Shown here piece by piece: positions 1-7,466 of a stretch of 13,012 bases of DNA (positions within the stretch are counted from its first letter, which is position 1; every line of letters starts with the position of its first letter). The position numbers and the translations under genes are program-made. Source of the DNA: an uncultured bacterium (lineage in GTDB: Bacteria; JAJVIF01; JAPKYR01); contig CBDURU010000098.1 of the NCBI GenBank assembly GCA_965369865.1, forward strand, positions 1 to 13,012. The letters run 5' to 3'. Under the pieces are notes generated by a model that saw nothing but the letters and a program-made list of their open reading frames with translations, was not told where the DNA came from and made no database searches.

Positions 1-812
1 TCAACACCATCCCCCCGCAGGGGGGATTATAGGGGGGGTCTTTTCCGGTCATTTCTTAAACCCCAACTAAAACAAACCGCCCATACAAACCCCCCTGCAG
101 TCCCCCCACAGGGAGGATTATATGGGGTTTTCCGGTCGACACCATCCCCCCGCAGGGGGGATTATAGGGGGGGTCTTTTCCGGTCATTCCTTAAACCCCA
201 ACTAAAACAAACCGCCCATACAAACCCCCCTGCAGTCCCCCCCGCAGGGAGGATTATAGGTGGCTTTTCCGATCAACACCATCCCCCCGCAGGGGGGATT
301 ATAGGGGGGGTCTTTTCCGGTCATTTCTTAAACCCCAACCAAAACAAACCGCCCGAACTCCCCCCCCTGCAGTCCCCCCCCACAGGGGTGATTATAGGCG
401 GGATTATAGGCGGGGTTTTTCCGGTCAACACCATCCCCCCGCAGGGGGGATTATAGGGGGGGTCTTTTCCGGTCATTTCTTAAACCCCAACTAAAACAAA
501 CCGCCCATACAAACCCCCCTGCAGTCCCCCCACAGGGAGGATTATATGGGGTTTTCCGGTCGACACCATCCCCCCGCAGGGGGGATTATAGGGGGGGTCT
601 TTTCCGGTCATTCCTTAAACCCCAACTAAAACAAACCGCCCATACAAACCCCCCTGCAGTCCCCCCCGCAGGGAGGATTATAGGTGGCTTTTCCGATCAA
701 CACCATCCCCCCGCAGGGGGGATTATAGGGGGGGTCTTTTCCGGTCATTTCTTAAACCCCAACCAAAACAAACCGCCCGTACTAACCCCCCCATGGGGGG
801 ACGGTTTTTTCC
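1..812. repeat. Tandem array of hairpin-containing units with a 424-bp higher-order period (may extend left of the window)
   Basis: Units start at 1, 136, 273, 425, 560, 697 (135, 137, 152, 135, 137 bp, last one partial). Each has ATCCCCCC-GCA-GGGGGGAT-TATA-G7-TCTTTTCCGGTC, an A/C-rich linker and a degenerate second copy of the hairpin. 1-355 reads identical to 425-779. Confidence 0.95.
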
Positions 813-813
813 T

Positions 814-841
814 AAAAAAACAAACGCCCCGTTAGGGGCGT
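814..841 (-). terminator. Intrinsic terminator / attenuator 3:4 hairpin
   Basis: Minus strand ACGCCCC-TAAC-GGGGCGT followed by TTGTTTTTTT. Confidence 0.85.
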
Positions 842-869
842 ACACCGAACACGACGGTATGCCCCGGTT

Positions 870-920
870 TTATCCCGGATTATACATCCCCATAGCCATG
901 TTTTGTGTGTACGCGAACAT
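870..920 (-). CDS. Putative Met-rich leader peptide MFAYTQNMAMGMYNPG (16 aa)
   Basis: AGGAG (931-927) 6 nt before ATG; Met at codons 1, 8, 10, 12; lies between a sigma70-like promoter and a terminator with alternative pairings. Confidence 0.7.
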   Translation of the reverse strand: MFAYTQNMAMGMYNPG

Positions 921-966
921 TTAATTCTCCTGTGCCGACGTAATTATAATCGGCACCTGTGATGAG

Positions 967-995
967 TTTATACACCAGAAAACGGGGATTCGCAA
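967..995 (-). promoter_or_regulatory. Sigma70-like promoter for the leader transcript
   Basis: TTGCGA (995-990) - 17 nt - TATAAA (972-967); hairpin GTGCCGA/TCGGCAC at 932-956 just after the expected start site. Confidence 0.6.
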
Positions 996-1039
996 GTGGA
1001 AGGGATAATGTGAGAAATATTTTGTGTTAGATTCTTTGC

Positions 1040-2536
1040 TTATTCTGGGGAAATCATCGCAAGAAATGACGTCTTACCAAAAATTCCAGCGGCATAAATA
1101 TTTCCCTGGTCGTTTATTGAGATTCCGGAAATATGCTCAGAATTCCACCTGTCAGATTCATTCCATTGCCATCCAATTTGGCTGACCCACTGAAGCTCAC
1201 CATTAAGATTGAATTCGCAGATAAACACGTCACTTTCATTATCCGGTTCTATAAATAGATTTCTTTCTGATGGGTCAAAATCAGTGACGTAATAAAAAGT
1301 GCCTGCAATAATGACTCTATCATCAAACTGAATAAGTTCCCGGCCTTCAACAGCACCGGCACCTTCCAATGTATTTTCCCAGAGCAGGTTGCCGGCCGTA
1401 TCAATTTTTACCAGAAAAGCAACGACGGTTTGGGCGTCTGGAATTCGGTCGTCTATATCAGGAATCCAATCGGCATTTGGGTTGGGCGAAGAGTCTAAAT
1501 AATATCCAGTAACATAAATATTTCCTTCTTCATCAAGAATTATGGAATATGGCCTAGTGTAATCGTGATCGCTCCATGACATAGCCCACTCAAATGACCC
1601 ATATTGATCTAGTTTGAGTAGTACTTCATTGGTTTTATTTTCAGGTGTATAGATATCCGTGCCTTCCCCAGGATCAATATCGACCTCTGTGTCATATGAG
1701 CAGGACATGAAAATATTTCCCTCGATGTCTTCGATAAAGTCCCAAATAGTTAGGCCCTGCCACTTGTCTACCCAGATACTTGATCCTTCATAATCAAATC
1801 TACCTATGAATCTGCTGCTGCCTATATATTCTTCGTTTAATACATACTCTTGATCCGATTCGATATCAGTTTCGGCTCTGTACATTCCCGATATTAAATA
1901 ATTCCCTTGATTATCGATTGAAAACTTACCAAGCCCCTGGAGGATATCAGGCCAGGTTATAACCTCGATAAAATCACCATCTTCAGTGAATTTACTAACA
2001 TATGAAACACTGATCGTATCTGTAGTCCGAATTTCCTCCTGTTTTGAGGGATCGAAATCGTATTCACCAAAGTAACAGCTATATATAAAAACGTTACCGC
2101 TATCATCAAAATCGAGCTCATGAGTGTAATTGCCACTTGGTCTGGAACCGTCCCATTCAAGCGGACCCCAAGTACGAGCCCAGATCAAGTTGCCTTCAAA
2201 ATCTAATTTCAGTAGAAAATTATCATCCTGGACTGCATCGACTTCTTCAATTGATGGGCCAGGATCTAAATCAACTTTCCCATAAAAATTACCCGCAATG
2301 TAAATATAATTATCAGGCCCGACAATTATATTCCTGGCACGAAACCCACTCCGATCTCCTACGTTACTCGATTCCGGATCTCCCCAAACCTTCACCCAGC
2401 TTGCTTCACGAACCGTAGCCCGGTTGGATGAACATCCACTGATAGCAACACAAACCAATAATATTAAACAAACCCACAATATGAATCGTGAATACGAACG
2501 GAGGGCATTACTTCCTTTCCATTGAAAATCAGACAT
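1040..2536 (-). CDS. Beta-propeller (SBBP-like) repeat lipoprotein
   Basis: 498 aa; hydrophobic signal with lipobox AISG-C; repeated D-x-x-GNIYVTG-like, D(F/L/I)DP(G/S) and FLxKxDxxGNLxW motifs; GGAG upstream of the ATG. Confidence 0.8.
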   Translation of the reverse strand: MSDFQWKGSNALRSYSRFILWVCLILLVCVAISGCSSNRATVREASWVKVWGDPESSNVGDRSGFRARNIIVGPDNYIYIAGNFYGKVDLDPGPSIEEVDAVQDDNFLLKLDFEGNLIWARTWGPLEWDGSRPSGNYTHELDFDDSGNVFIYSCYFGEYDFDPSKQEEIRTTDTISVSYVSKFTEDGDFIEVITWPDILQGLGKFSIDNQGNYLISGMYRAETDIESDQEYVLNEEYIGSSRFIGRFDYEGSSIWVDKWQGLTIWDFIEDIEGNIFMSCSYDTEVDIDPGEGTDIYTPENKTNEVLLKLDQYGSFEWAMSWSDHDYTRPYSIILDEEGNIYVTGYYLDSSPNPNADWIPDIDDRIPDAQTVVAFLVKIDTAGNLLWENTLEGAGAVEGRELIQFDDRVIIAGTFYYVTDFDPSERNLFIEPDNESDVFICEFNLNGELQWVSQIGWQWNESDRWNSEHISGISINDQGNIYAAGIFGKTSFLAMISPE

Positions 2537-2568
2537 CCCTGCTCCAGTAATTCAAAGATTAATATATC

Positions 2569-3882
2569 TTATCCCCGACCACAAATCTCCTCAAGCTTAT
2601 CCGGGTCCTTTGGACAATTTTCGGTCAGGTTTTCAGGTCCATCAGGCGTGATATGCACATCGTCCTCGATACGGATGCCGATTCCCCTGAACGCTTCGGG
2701 TACCGATTCATCATCCTCGGGAATATACAGACCCGGCTCGACTGTCGTTACCATGCCCGGCTCATAGTTTCGCATTTCGCCGTCTTTCCTGTAACTGCCG
2801 ACATCGTGAACGTCCACACCAAGCCAGTGTCCCGTTTTGTGCATGTAGAATTTCTTGTACGTTTCCTTCTCGATATTCTCATCGACTGAGCCATCAAGTA
2901 ATTTCAGATCGATGAGGCCCTGCACCAGGATTTTCAGGCAGTGATCGTGGACATCGCCGTGCCTGACAGCGGTTGTTGTCATCTCGATACATTCCATGTT
3001 CGCTTTCAGGACGATGTCATAAAGCGCGCGCTGTTCCGGGGTGAATTTCCCACTCGCGGGGAAGGTTCTCGTTATATCGCCGTTGTACATCTCGTACTCA
3101 ACGCCGCAATCTATAAGCACAAGATCGTTCGCACCGATGATCGATTCATTTTCGATGTAATGAAGAATTGTCCCGTTGACGCCTGATGCGACAATGGTCG
3201 GAAAACCGAAACCCTGCCCGCCCGACGCGCGAAAGTAATGATTTACCAGCGCCTCAAGTTCCCGTTCCGCCATCCCCGGCTTGACCGACCGCATCGCGAG
3301 TTCCAGGGCTTCCGATGTGATCCTGCAAGCCTCGCGCAGGAGTTTCATGTCCTTTTCGGTTTTAACCAGGCGCATCTCGTGCATAAGAATTCCGAGATCG
3401 ACAAGCTCGCCAGGACTGTCGATTCCCTCGCGCCACTTCTTTCGAACCTCCTGCCACGCGGCGAGCACTTTCCAGTCGAACTTTTTATATTTCCCCGGAA
3501 AGTGATAAACCGATTTCACGTTTTCAAAATTAGAGGGGAGTTTCTCCACAAACTCATCGATCACGAACGCTTCATCAGCGCCGTACTTCTCAAGCGCCCC
3601 ATCGACCCCCGCGCGACGGCCGGTCCAGGTTTCCTTTTCAGGATCGCGTGGACGTACGAACATCGTGAACGGTTTCATCCCGTCCATGTTTGATAGGATC
3701 GCGACCGCTTCCGGCTCTCGGAATCCGGTAAGGTAATAAAAATTCGAATCCGGGCGAAAGATATAGTCCGTGTCGTTTGAATAGTTCGCGATGGGTGAAG
3801 TCGGGATGAGTGCGACCGAATCGGGTCGAAGCAGCTCGATTAATTTTGTACGCCTACCCTTAAAAAGCTCAGGATCAAACAT
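2569..3882 (-). CDS. pepP: Xaa-Pro aminopeptidase (aminopeptidase P, M24B)
   Basis: N-terminal FRPDSNFYYLTGFREPEA; metal-ligand motifs LIDCG, GDITRTFP, GHWLGVDVHD, TVEPGLY, GIRIEDD; AAAGGAG RBS. Confidence 0.95.
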   Translation of the reverse strand: MFDPELFKGRRTKLIELLRPDSVALIPTSPIANYSNDTDYIFRPDSNFYYLTGFREPEAVAILSNMDGMKPFTMFVRPRDPEKETWTGRRAGVDGALEKYGADEAFVIDEFVEKLPSNFENVKSVYHFPGKYKKFDWKVLAAWQEVRKKWREGIDSPGELVDLGILMHEMRLVKTEKDMKLLREACRITSEALELAMRSVKPGMAERELEALVNHYFRASGGQGFGFPTIVASGVNGTILHYIENESIIGANDLVLIDCGVEYEMYNGDITRTFPASGKFTPEQRALYDIVLKANMECIEMTTTAVRHGDVHDHCLKILVQGLIDLKLLDGSVDENIEKETYKKFYMHKTGHWLGVDVHDVGSYRKDGEMRNYEPGMVTTVEPGLYIPEDDESVPEAFRGIGIRIEDDVHITPDGPENLTENCPKDPDKLEEICGRG

Positions 3883-3915
3883 CGGAAACTCCTTTATTGA
3901 AACTCGATAACCGCA

Positions 3916-3944
3916 ATTCTACATTGCTACGATTAATCCGGCAA
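3916..3944 (-). promoter_or_regulatory. Sigma70-like promoter of pepP
   Basis: TTGCCG (3944-3939) - 17 nt - TAGAAT (3921-3916). Confidence 0.6.
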
Positions 3945-3960
3945 GAGAATTATTTGTCAG

Positions 3961-3989
3961 TTGTTAAATATTTGGGCATCGGGTATAAT
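3961..3989 (+). promoter_or_regulatory. Sigma70-like promoter of the Nfu gene (divergent from pepP)
   Basis: TTGTTA (3961-3966) - 17 nt - TATAAT (3984-3989). Confidence 0.65.
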
Positions 3990-4019
3990 TTACACACATT
4001 ATAAATGGAGGAAATACCA

Positions 4020-4313
4020 ATGTGTGATAGCTGCGGATGCAGTCCGGTTGAGAGCACCGGGAAGAGAATTGAGGATTTTGAAGCTTTTAAAACCCGTGTA
4101 ACCGAGGTAATCGAGCAGATTCGCCCAAGTCTTCAAATGGACGGCGGCGATATCAAACTGATAGATATCAGCGACAGCGGTGAGGTCCAGGTCGCCCTCC
4201 AGGGTGCCTGTGCGACATGCCCTCATGCCACGATGACCCTGAAAATGGGTGTCGAGCGTGTGCTCAAGGAAGAGATCCCTGAGGTTGTTTCGGTCGATGC
4301 GGTGCAGTTGTAG
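4020..4313 (+). CDS. NifU C-terminal/Nfu-family Fe-S cluster protein with N-terminal CxxCGC extension (97 aa)
   Basis: IRPSLQMDGGDI...LQGACATCP...TLKMGVE is the Nfu signature. Start moved from 4005 to ATG 4020 because GGAGG lies at 4007-4011. Confidence 0.9.
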   Translation: MCDSCGCSPVESTGKRIEDFEAFKTRVTEVIEQIRPSLQMDGGDIKLIDISDSGEVQVALQGACATCPHATMTLKMGVERVLKEEIPEVVSVDAVQL

Positions 4314-4345
4314 AATCGTCTGTTTACTGGGTTGAATTTACTGAC

Positions 4346-4368
4346 AGCGTCCGAAAGGACGCTTTTTT
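4346..4368 (+). terminator. Intrinsic terminator of the Nfu gene
   Basis: AGCGTCC-GAAA-GGACGCT followed by a T run. Confidence 0.9.
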
Positions 4369-4503
4369 GTTGGTATTTACCCATATCACAGATGTGGGAG
4401 TACCGGATTTTTTATGTTACTGGGCGCCATTTGTTTGATCACCCAATCCTATCGAAATAGTTGAATTTTTCAACTTTTTTTTGTAAAAAACCCTTGTATC
4501 CCG

Positions 4504-4532
4504 TTGACATTATGTCTGGAACCTGATATATA
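4504..4532 (+). promoter_or_regulatory. Sigma70-like promoter of the uORF/ABC operon
   Basis: TTGACA (4504-4509) - 17 nt - TATATA (4527-4532) preceded by TGn; hairpin TGCGGGA/TCCCGCA at 4546-4565. Confidence 0.65.
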
Positions 4533-4625
4533 AACGTGTGAAATTTGCGGGAGAATGTTCCCGCATGCATAAAGGATACGAAATATTACATGATTAAAAT
4601 CACCTTGAAAGGAGGCCCCAATAGC

Positions 4626-4775
4626 ATGACTCGCCACATTGCACGTCTCAGACAAGTCAATCTCGGCGCCATTTTTAATGCTAATGGGACCAGTGTGCCC
4701 GGATGCAACCCGGCTACTGACCTTTCCACGGTGAATCGAGGGTCCCTTAAGATTCCGGAGGTACAAATCACATAA
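4626..4775 (+). CDS. Small ORF / putative leader peptide MTRHIARLRQVNLGAIFNANGTSVPGCNPATDLSTVNRGSLKIPEVQIT (49 aa)
   Basis: AAAGGAGG at 4608-4615, 10 nt before ATG; between promoter and terminator; alternative in-frame ATG at 4590. Confidence 0.7.
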   Translation: MTRHIARLRQVNLGAIFNANGTSVPGCNPATDLSTVNRGSLKIPEVQIT

Positions 4776-4803
4776 GTGAAGTACCTCAGCAGGAAATCTT
4801 AAG

Positions 4804-4837
4804 ACCCTCGATCCAGGAAGATCGGGGGTTTTTATTT
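4804..4837 (+). terminator. Intrinsic terminator (attenuator) upstream of the ABC operon
   Basis: ACCCTCGATC-CAGGAA-GATCGGGGGT followed by TTTTATTT; the 5' arm is also complementary to 4735-4743. Confidence 0.8.
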
Positions 4838-5050
4838 GGGGCTGAGGGGGCCCTATTGGAATTCAACCGTAGCAGTCAGGGCAGTAAGTTTTCGGCACAG
4901 CCAATAGTCTTTTGATAATGAGAAATTCCGGAAGAGTGTTGAAAATGTTACTCATCGTAGACTTTGTCGAAAAGAAAATTGAACGTAAACACGAAAGCAG
5001 TGAAAAAGATTTCAGCGAAGAAGCAAAAGCTGAATCAGGAGAGAACGAAA

Positions 5051-6115
5051 ATGACAGTCACAGATAACAGGACTGTTTCGGGTGGGGTAACTGAGCTAGG
5101 AAAAAAGGAGCCCTTAAGCCCGGAATGTCCGGAGAACAGGAATTTTCATATACCAGAGATCAATCCAGGAACACTGGACATAAGTATTCACACCGGGAGG
5201 CCGGTCATGAACGCAATTGAAGTCCGGAATATTGGCAAGGTTTTCAGAAAATGGGAATCTAAAAAGGCCAGGAAAAAGGACGGCGAGAAAAACAGCACCG
5301 ATGGATCTAACAGTAACGGGAAGCCGACATTCGGCTGGTTCCAGAGATTCATCCCGCGCCGGAAGATAACTACCGCGCTCGATGGGATAACCTTCGATGT
5401 AAAAAACGGTGAGATCTTCGGGCTTCTCGGTCCGAACGGCAGCGGAAAATCGACCATGATCCGTATCCTCTCAACCCTCCTCATTCCCGATGAGGGCGAG
5501 GTCAGGATACATGGGAAGGATGTTTCCCGCGACATTTACGAGGTACAGCGCCTCATCAACCGGGTTTCAGTCGATGCCGCGTTTTTCAAGAAGCTTTCGG
5601 CTCATGAAAATCTCATGTATACGGCCCGGCTCTATGGAATTCCGTCGAAATCTGCACCTGCAAGAGCGAAGGAAATTCTTGAGAAGATCGGGTTCGATAT
5701 CGATCGTTATCATGATCCGCTGGAGGAATTCAGCCGCGGAATGCAGCAGAAAGTCGCGATCGCCAGGGCTTTGCTGACAAGTCCGGTGGTTCTCCTGCTT
5801 GATGAGCCGACGACAGGGCTTGATCCGAAATCCAAACGTGAGGTCCAGGCGTTTATTGAGGATGTACAGAAGACCCATGAGGCGACGATCATCCTGACGA
5901 CCCACGATATGGAAGAAGCCGACCGTTTGTGTCACAGGATCGGGATTATCGACAAGGGCAAAATCATCGCGATGGATACTTCGGAAGGCCTCAAGTCGAT
6001 GGTGCTGGACCAGATGAACGGATCCTCTGATGGCAAGAAGGTTAATGACATAACGCTCGAGGACGTTTTTCTCCACATGACCGGAGATGCCCTCAAGAAA
6101 GATGACCAGGCGTAA
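5051..6115 (+). CDS. ABC exporter ATP-binding subunit (DrrA-like); alternative start 5207
   Basis: Walker A GPNGSGKST, signature FSRGM, Walker B VLLLDEP, H-loop TTHD, C-terminal TLEDVFL. AGGAG precedes ATG 5051; GGAGG precedes ATG 5207 (MNAIEV). Confidence 0.9.
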   Translation: MTVTDNRTVSGGVTELGKKEPLSPECPENRNFHIPEINPGTLDISIHTGRPVMNAIEVRNIGKVFRKWESKKARKKDGEKNSTDGSNSNGKPTFGWFQRFIPRRKITTALDGITFDVKNGEIFGLLGPNGSGKSTMIRILSTLLIPDEGEVRIHGKDVSRDIYEVQRLINRVSVDAAFFKKLSAHENLMYTARLYGIPSKSAPARAKEILEKIGFDIDRYHDPLEEFSRGMQQKVAIARALLTSPVVLLLDEPTTGLDPKSKREVQAFIEDVQKTHEATIILTTHDMEEADRLCHRIGIIDKGKIIAMDTSEGLKSMVLDQMNGSSDGKKVNDITLEDVFLHMTGDALKKDDQA

Positions 6116-6190
6116 TGGAGAGTAATGTAAAAAATTTCAGGGCTGGAATATGCTGATTATCGTCAACAGCCCAGGTAAATTGAGGTCAAT

Positions 6191-6364
6191 ATGATGAAGA
6201 TTGCAAATCTTAATGTACCCGGGACCGATCTGATCCCGCTTGAAAAAGGGGACTTCGGCCGGACCGTCTACTTTGTAAGGTTCGAGATCGGCAGGGACCT
6301 TGGGTACTACAGATTCAGCAGGCTGGATGATGAGCCGCTGGAAAATTCGAGGATGGAATACTGA
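6191..6364 (+). CDS. Hypothetical small protein, 57 aa (MMKIANLNVPGTDLIPLEKGDFGRTVYFVRFEIGRDLGYYRFSRLDDEPLENSRMEY)
   Basis: GAGGT upstream of tandem ATG ATG; co-oriented within the operon; mostly G/C-ending codons like its neighbours. Confidence 0.65.
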   Translation: MMKIANLNVPGTDLIPLEKGDFGRTVYFVRFEIGRDLGYYRFSRLDDEPLENSRMEY

Positions 6365-6406
6365 AAAAATGTCAGGAGCGTCCTCACGATTTAAAGGAGA
6401 AGAACG

Positions 6407-6544
6407 ATGACCAGAAATGAAACGCTCTTCCTCTTCCCGACGGAGACGCTTCCAACGGGGAGAGTCGAAACGTTACTCGGCTTCTCGCTCGAGCTCGTAC
6501 CAATCGAGGAGTCGGATGAGAAAAACCGGGAATCAACAAACTGA
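6407..6544 (+). CDS. Hypothetical small protein, 45 aa (MTRNETLFLFPTETLPTGRVETLLGFSLELVPIEESDEKNRESTN)
   Basis: AAAGGAG RBS at 6393-6399; co-oriented within the operon. Confidence 0.65.
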   Translation: MTRNETLFLFPTETLPTGRVETLLGFSLELVPIEESDEKNRESTN

Positions 6545-6622
6545 AATGAATTCCCGGGCCGGGGAAAAAAAATGATTTCCCGGCCCGAATAAATTTCCGG
6601 ATCGATCCGGAGGTGAAATAAA

Positions 6623-7462
6623 ATGAGAAGTTTGAACACAGCGGCCATATCAATAGGGCCAAGACTTATAAACGAACTGAAAGCCGGATACGCGTTCCTC
6701 GAGCGGAATGTAAACCTCACCAGGCGCTACATTGGCTGGGAGATCGCATTCCTTGTTTACTCAATGGTCTCGACATTTTCGATCGGGCTTATCGGGAAGA
6801 CGATGGGAGCGGACAATGAGCAGGCGGTGCTGTATCTTGTCATCGGCGCGCTCATGTGGAACTTCCTCGCGAACATTTTCAACGAGATCGCTCATACGAT
6901 TTCTTGGGAGCGATGGGAGGGAACTCTCGAGTACACCTTCATGGCTCCCGTACACAGGCTGACTCACCTTATGGGTGTGACCTGGTTCGCGATTCTGTAC
7001 GGGGTTTCGAGGACACTGCTTGTGCTGATCGCATCGAGCTGGTTTTTCGATTTGAACCTTGCCAACGCGAATATTCCCGGAGCGATGATCGTTCTCGCGG
7101 CGGCCTGCTTTCCGATGCTTGGGCTTGGACTTGTTGTCGCGGTTCTTCCATTGCTGAGTGCCGAAAAAGGGTCGCAGGCGGCTCACATAATCCTTGGGCT
7201 GATTCTTCTGATCTCGGGAGTGTATTACCCGATCAGCGCACTGCCAGAGTGGCTGCAGCCGTTCGGATATTTCAGTCCGGTGACATACACGCTTAATGGC
7301 GTCCGGAGCGCGATACTTGAGTCAACACCGACTTTGGAACTTCTTCCACTGTCAGGATACCTGGTTCTTTCAGGATTTGTGCTGATCCCGATCGGATACG
7401 CAATCTTCCTGCAGGGCGAAAAATACGCGAAGCGTAACGGCCTTTTAAAGAGAAGCGGGTAA
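6623..7462 (+). CDS. ABC-2 type transporter permease
   Basis: About six hydrophobic segments; ERWEGTLEYTFMAPV and SGVYYPISALPEWLQ...SPVTY motifs; GGAGGTG RBS. Confidence 0.92.
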   Translation: MRSLNTAAISIGPRLINELKAGYAFLERNVNLTRRYIGWEIAFLVYSMVSTFSIGLIGKTMGADNEQAVLYLVIGALMWNFLANIFNEIAHTISWERWEGTLEYTFMAPVHRLTHLMGVTWFAILYGVSRTLLVLIASSWFFDLNLANANIPGAMIVLAAACFPMLGLGLVVAVLPLLSAEKGSQAAHIILGLILLISGVYYPISALPEWLQPFGYFSPVTYTLNGVRSAILESTPTLELLPLSGYLVLSGFVLIPIGYAIFLQGEKYAKRNGLLKRSG

Positions 7463-7466
7463 TATT

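Noticed and set aside
26..727. Many TATAAT hexamers on the minus strand of the array as tandem promoters
   Set aside because: No -35 or extended -10 context that I could see; they are part of the repeat unit.
626..748. Cys-rich peptide ORFs in the array on the minus strand (e.g. MTGKDPPYNPPCGGMVLIGKATYNPPCGGDCRGVCMGGLF) as RiPP precursors
   Set aside because: Unit lengths of 137 and 152 and homopolymer indels shift the frame between units; no properly spaced RBS.
1..812. CRISPR array
   Set aside because: Intervening sequences are themselves repeated, not unique spacers; period too long; no cas genes in the window.
4005..4019. ORF-track start of the Nfu gene at 4005
   Set aside because: This ATG overlaps the GGAGG RBS; 4020 is the supported start.
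4545..4625. TTG start at 4545 for the small ORF, and TTG start at 4964 for the ATPase
   Set aside because: No RBS; downstream ATGs have strong Shine-Dalgarno sequences.
4380..4960. Known riboswitch, tRNA or other Rfam RNA in the long intergenic regions
   Set aside because: No T-box, SAM, TPP, cobalamin or tRNA consensus recognised by eye; an Infernal/Rfam scan would be needed to exclude one.
4626..6544. Homology among the small peptides (VPG...TDL) or a RiPP cluster
   Set aside because: Only a few shared residues; no modifying enzyme, peptidase domain or double-glycine leader visible.
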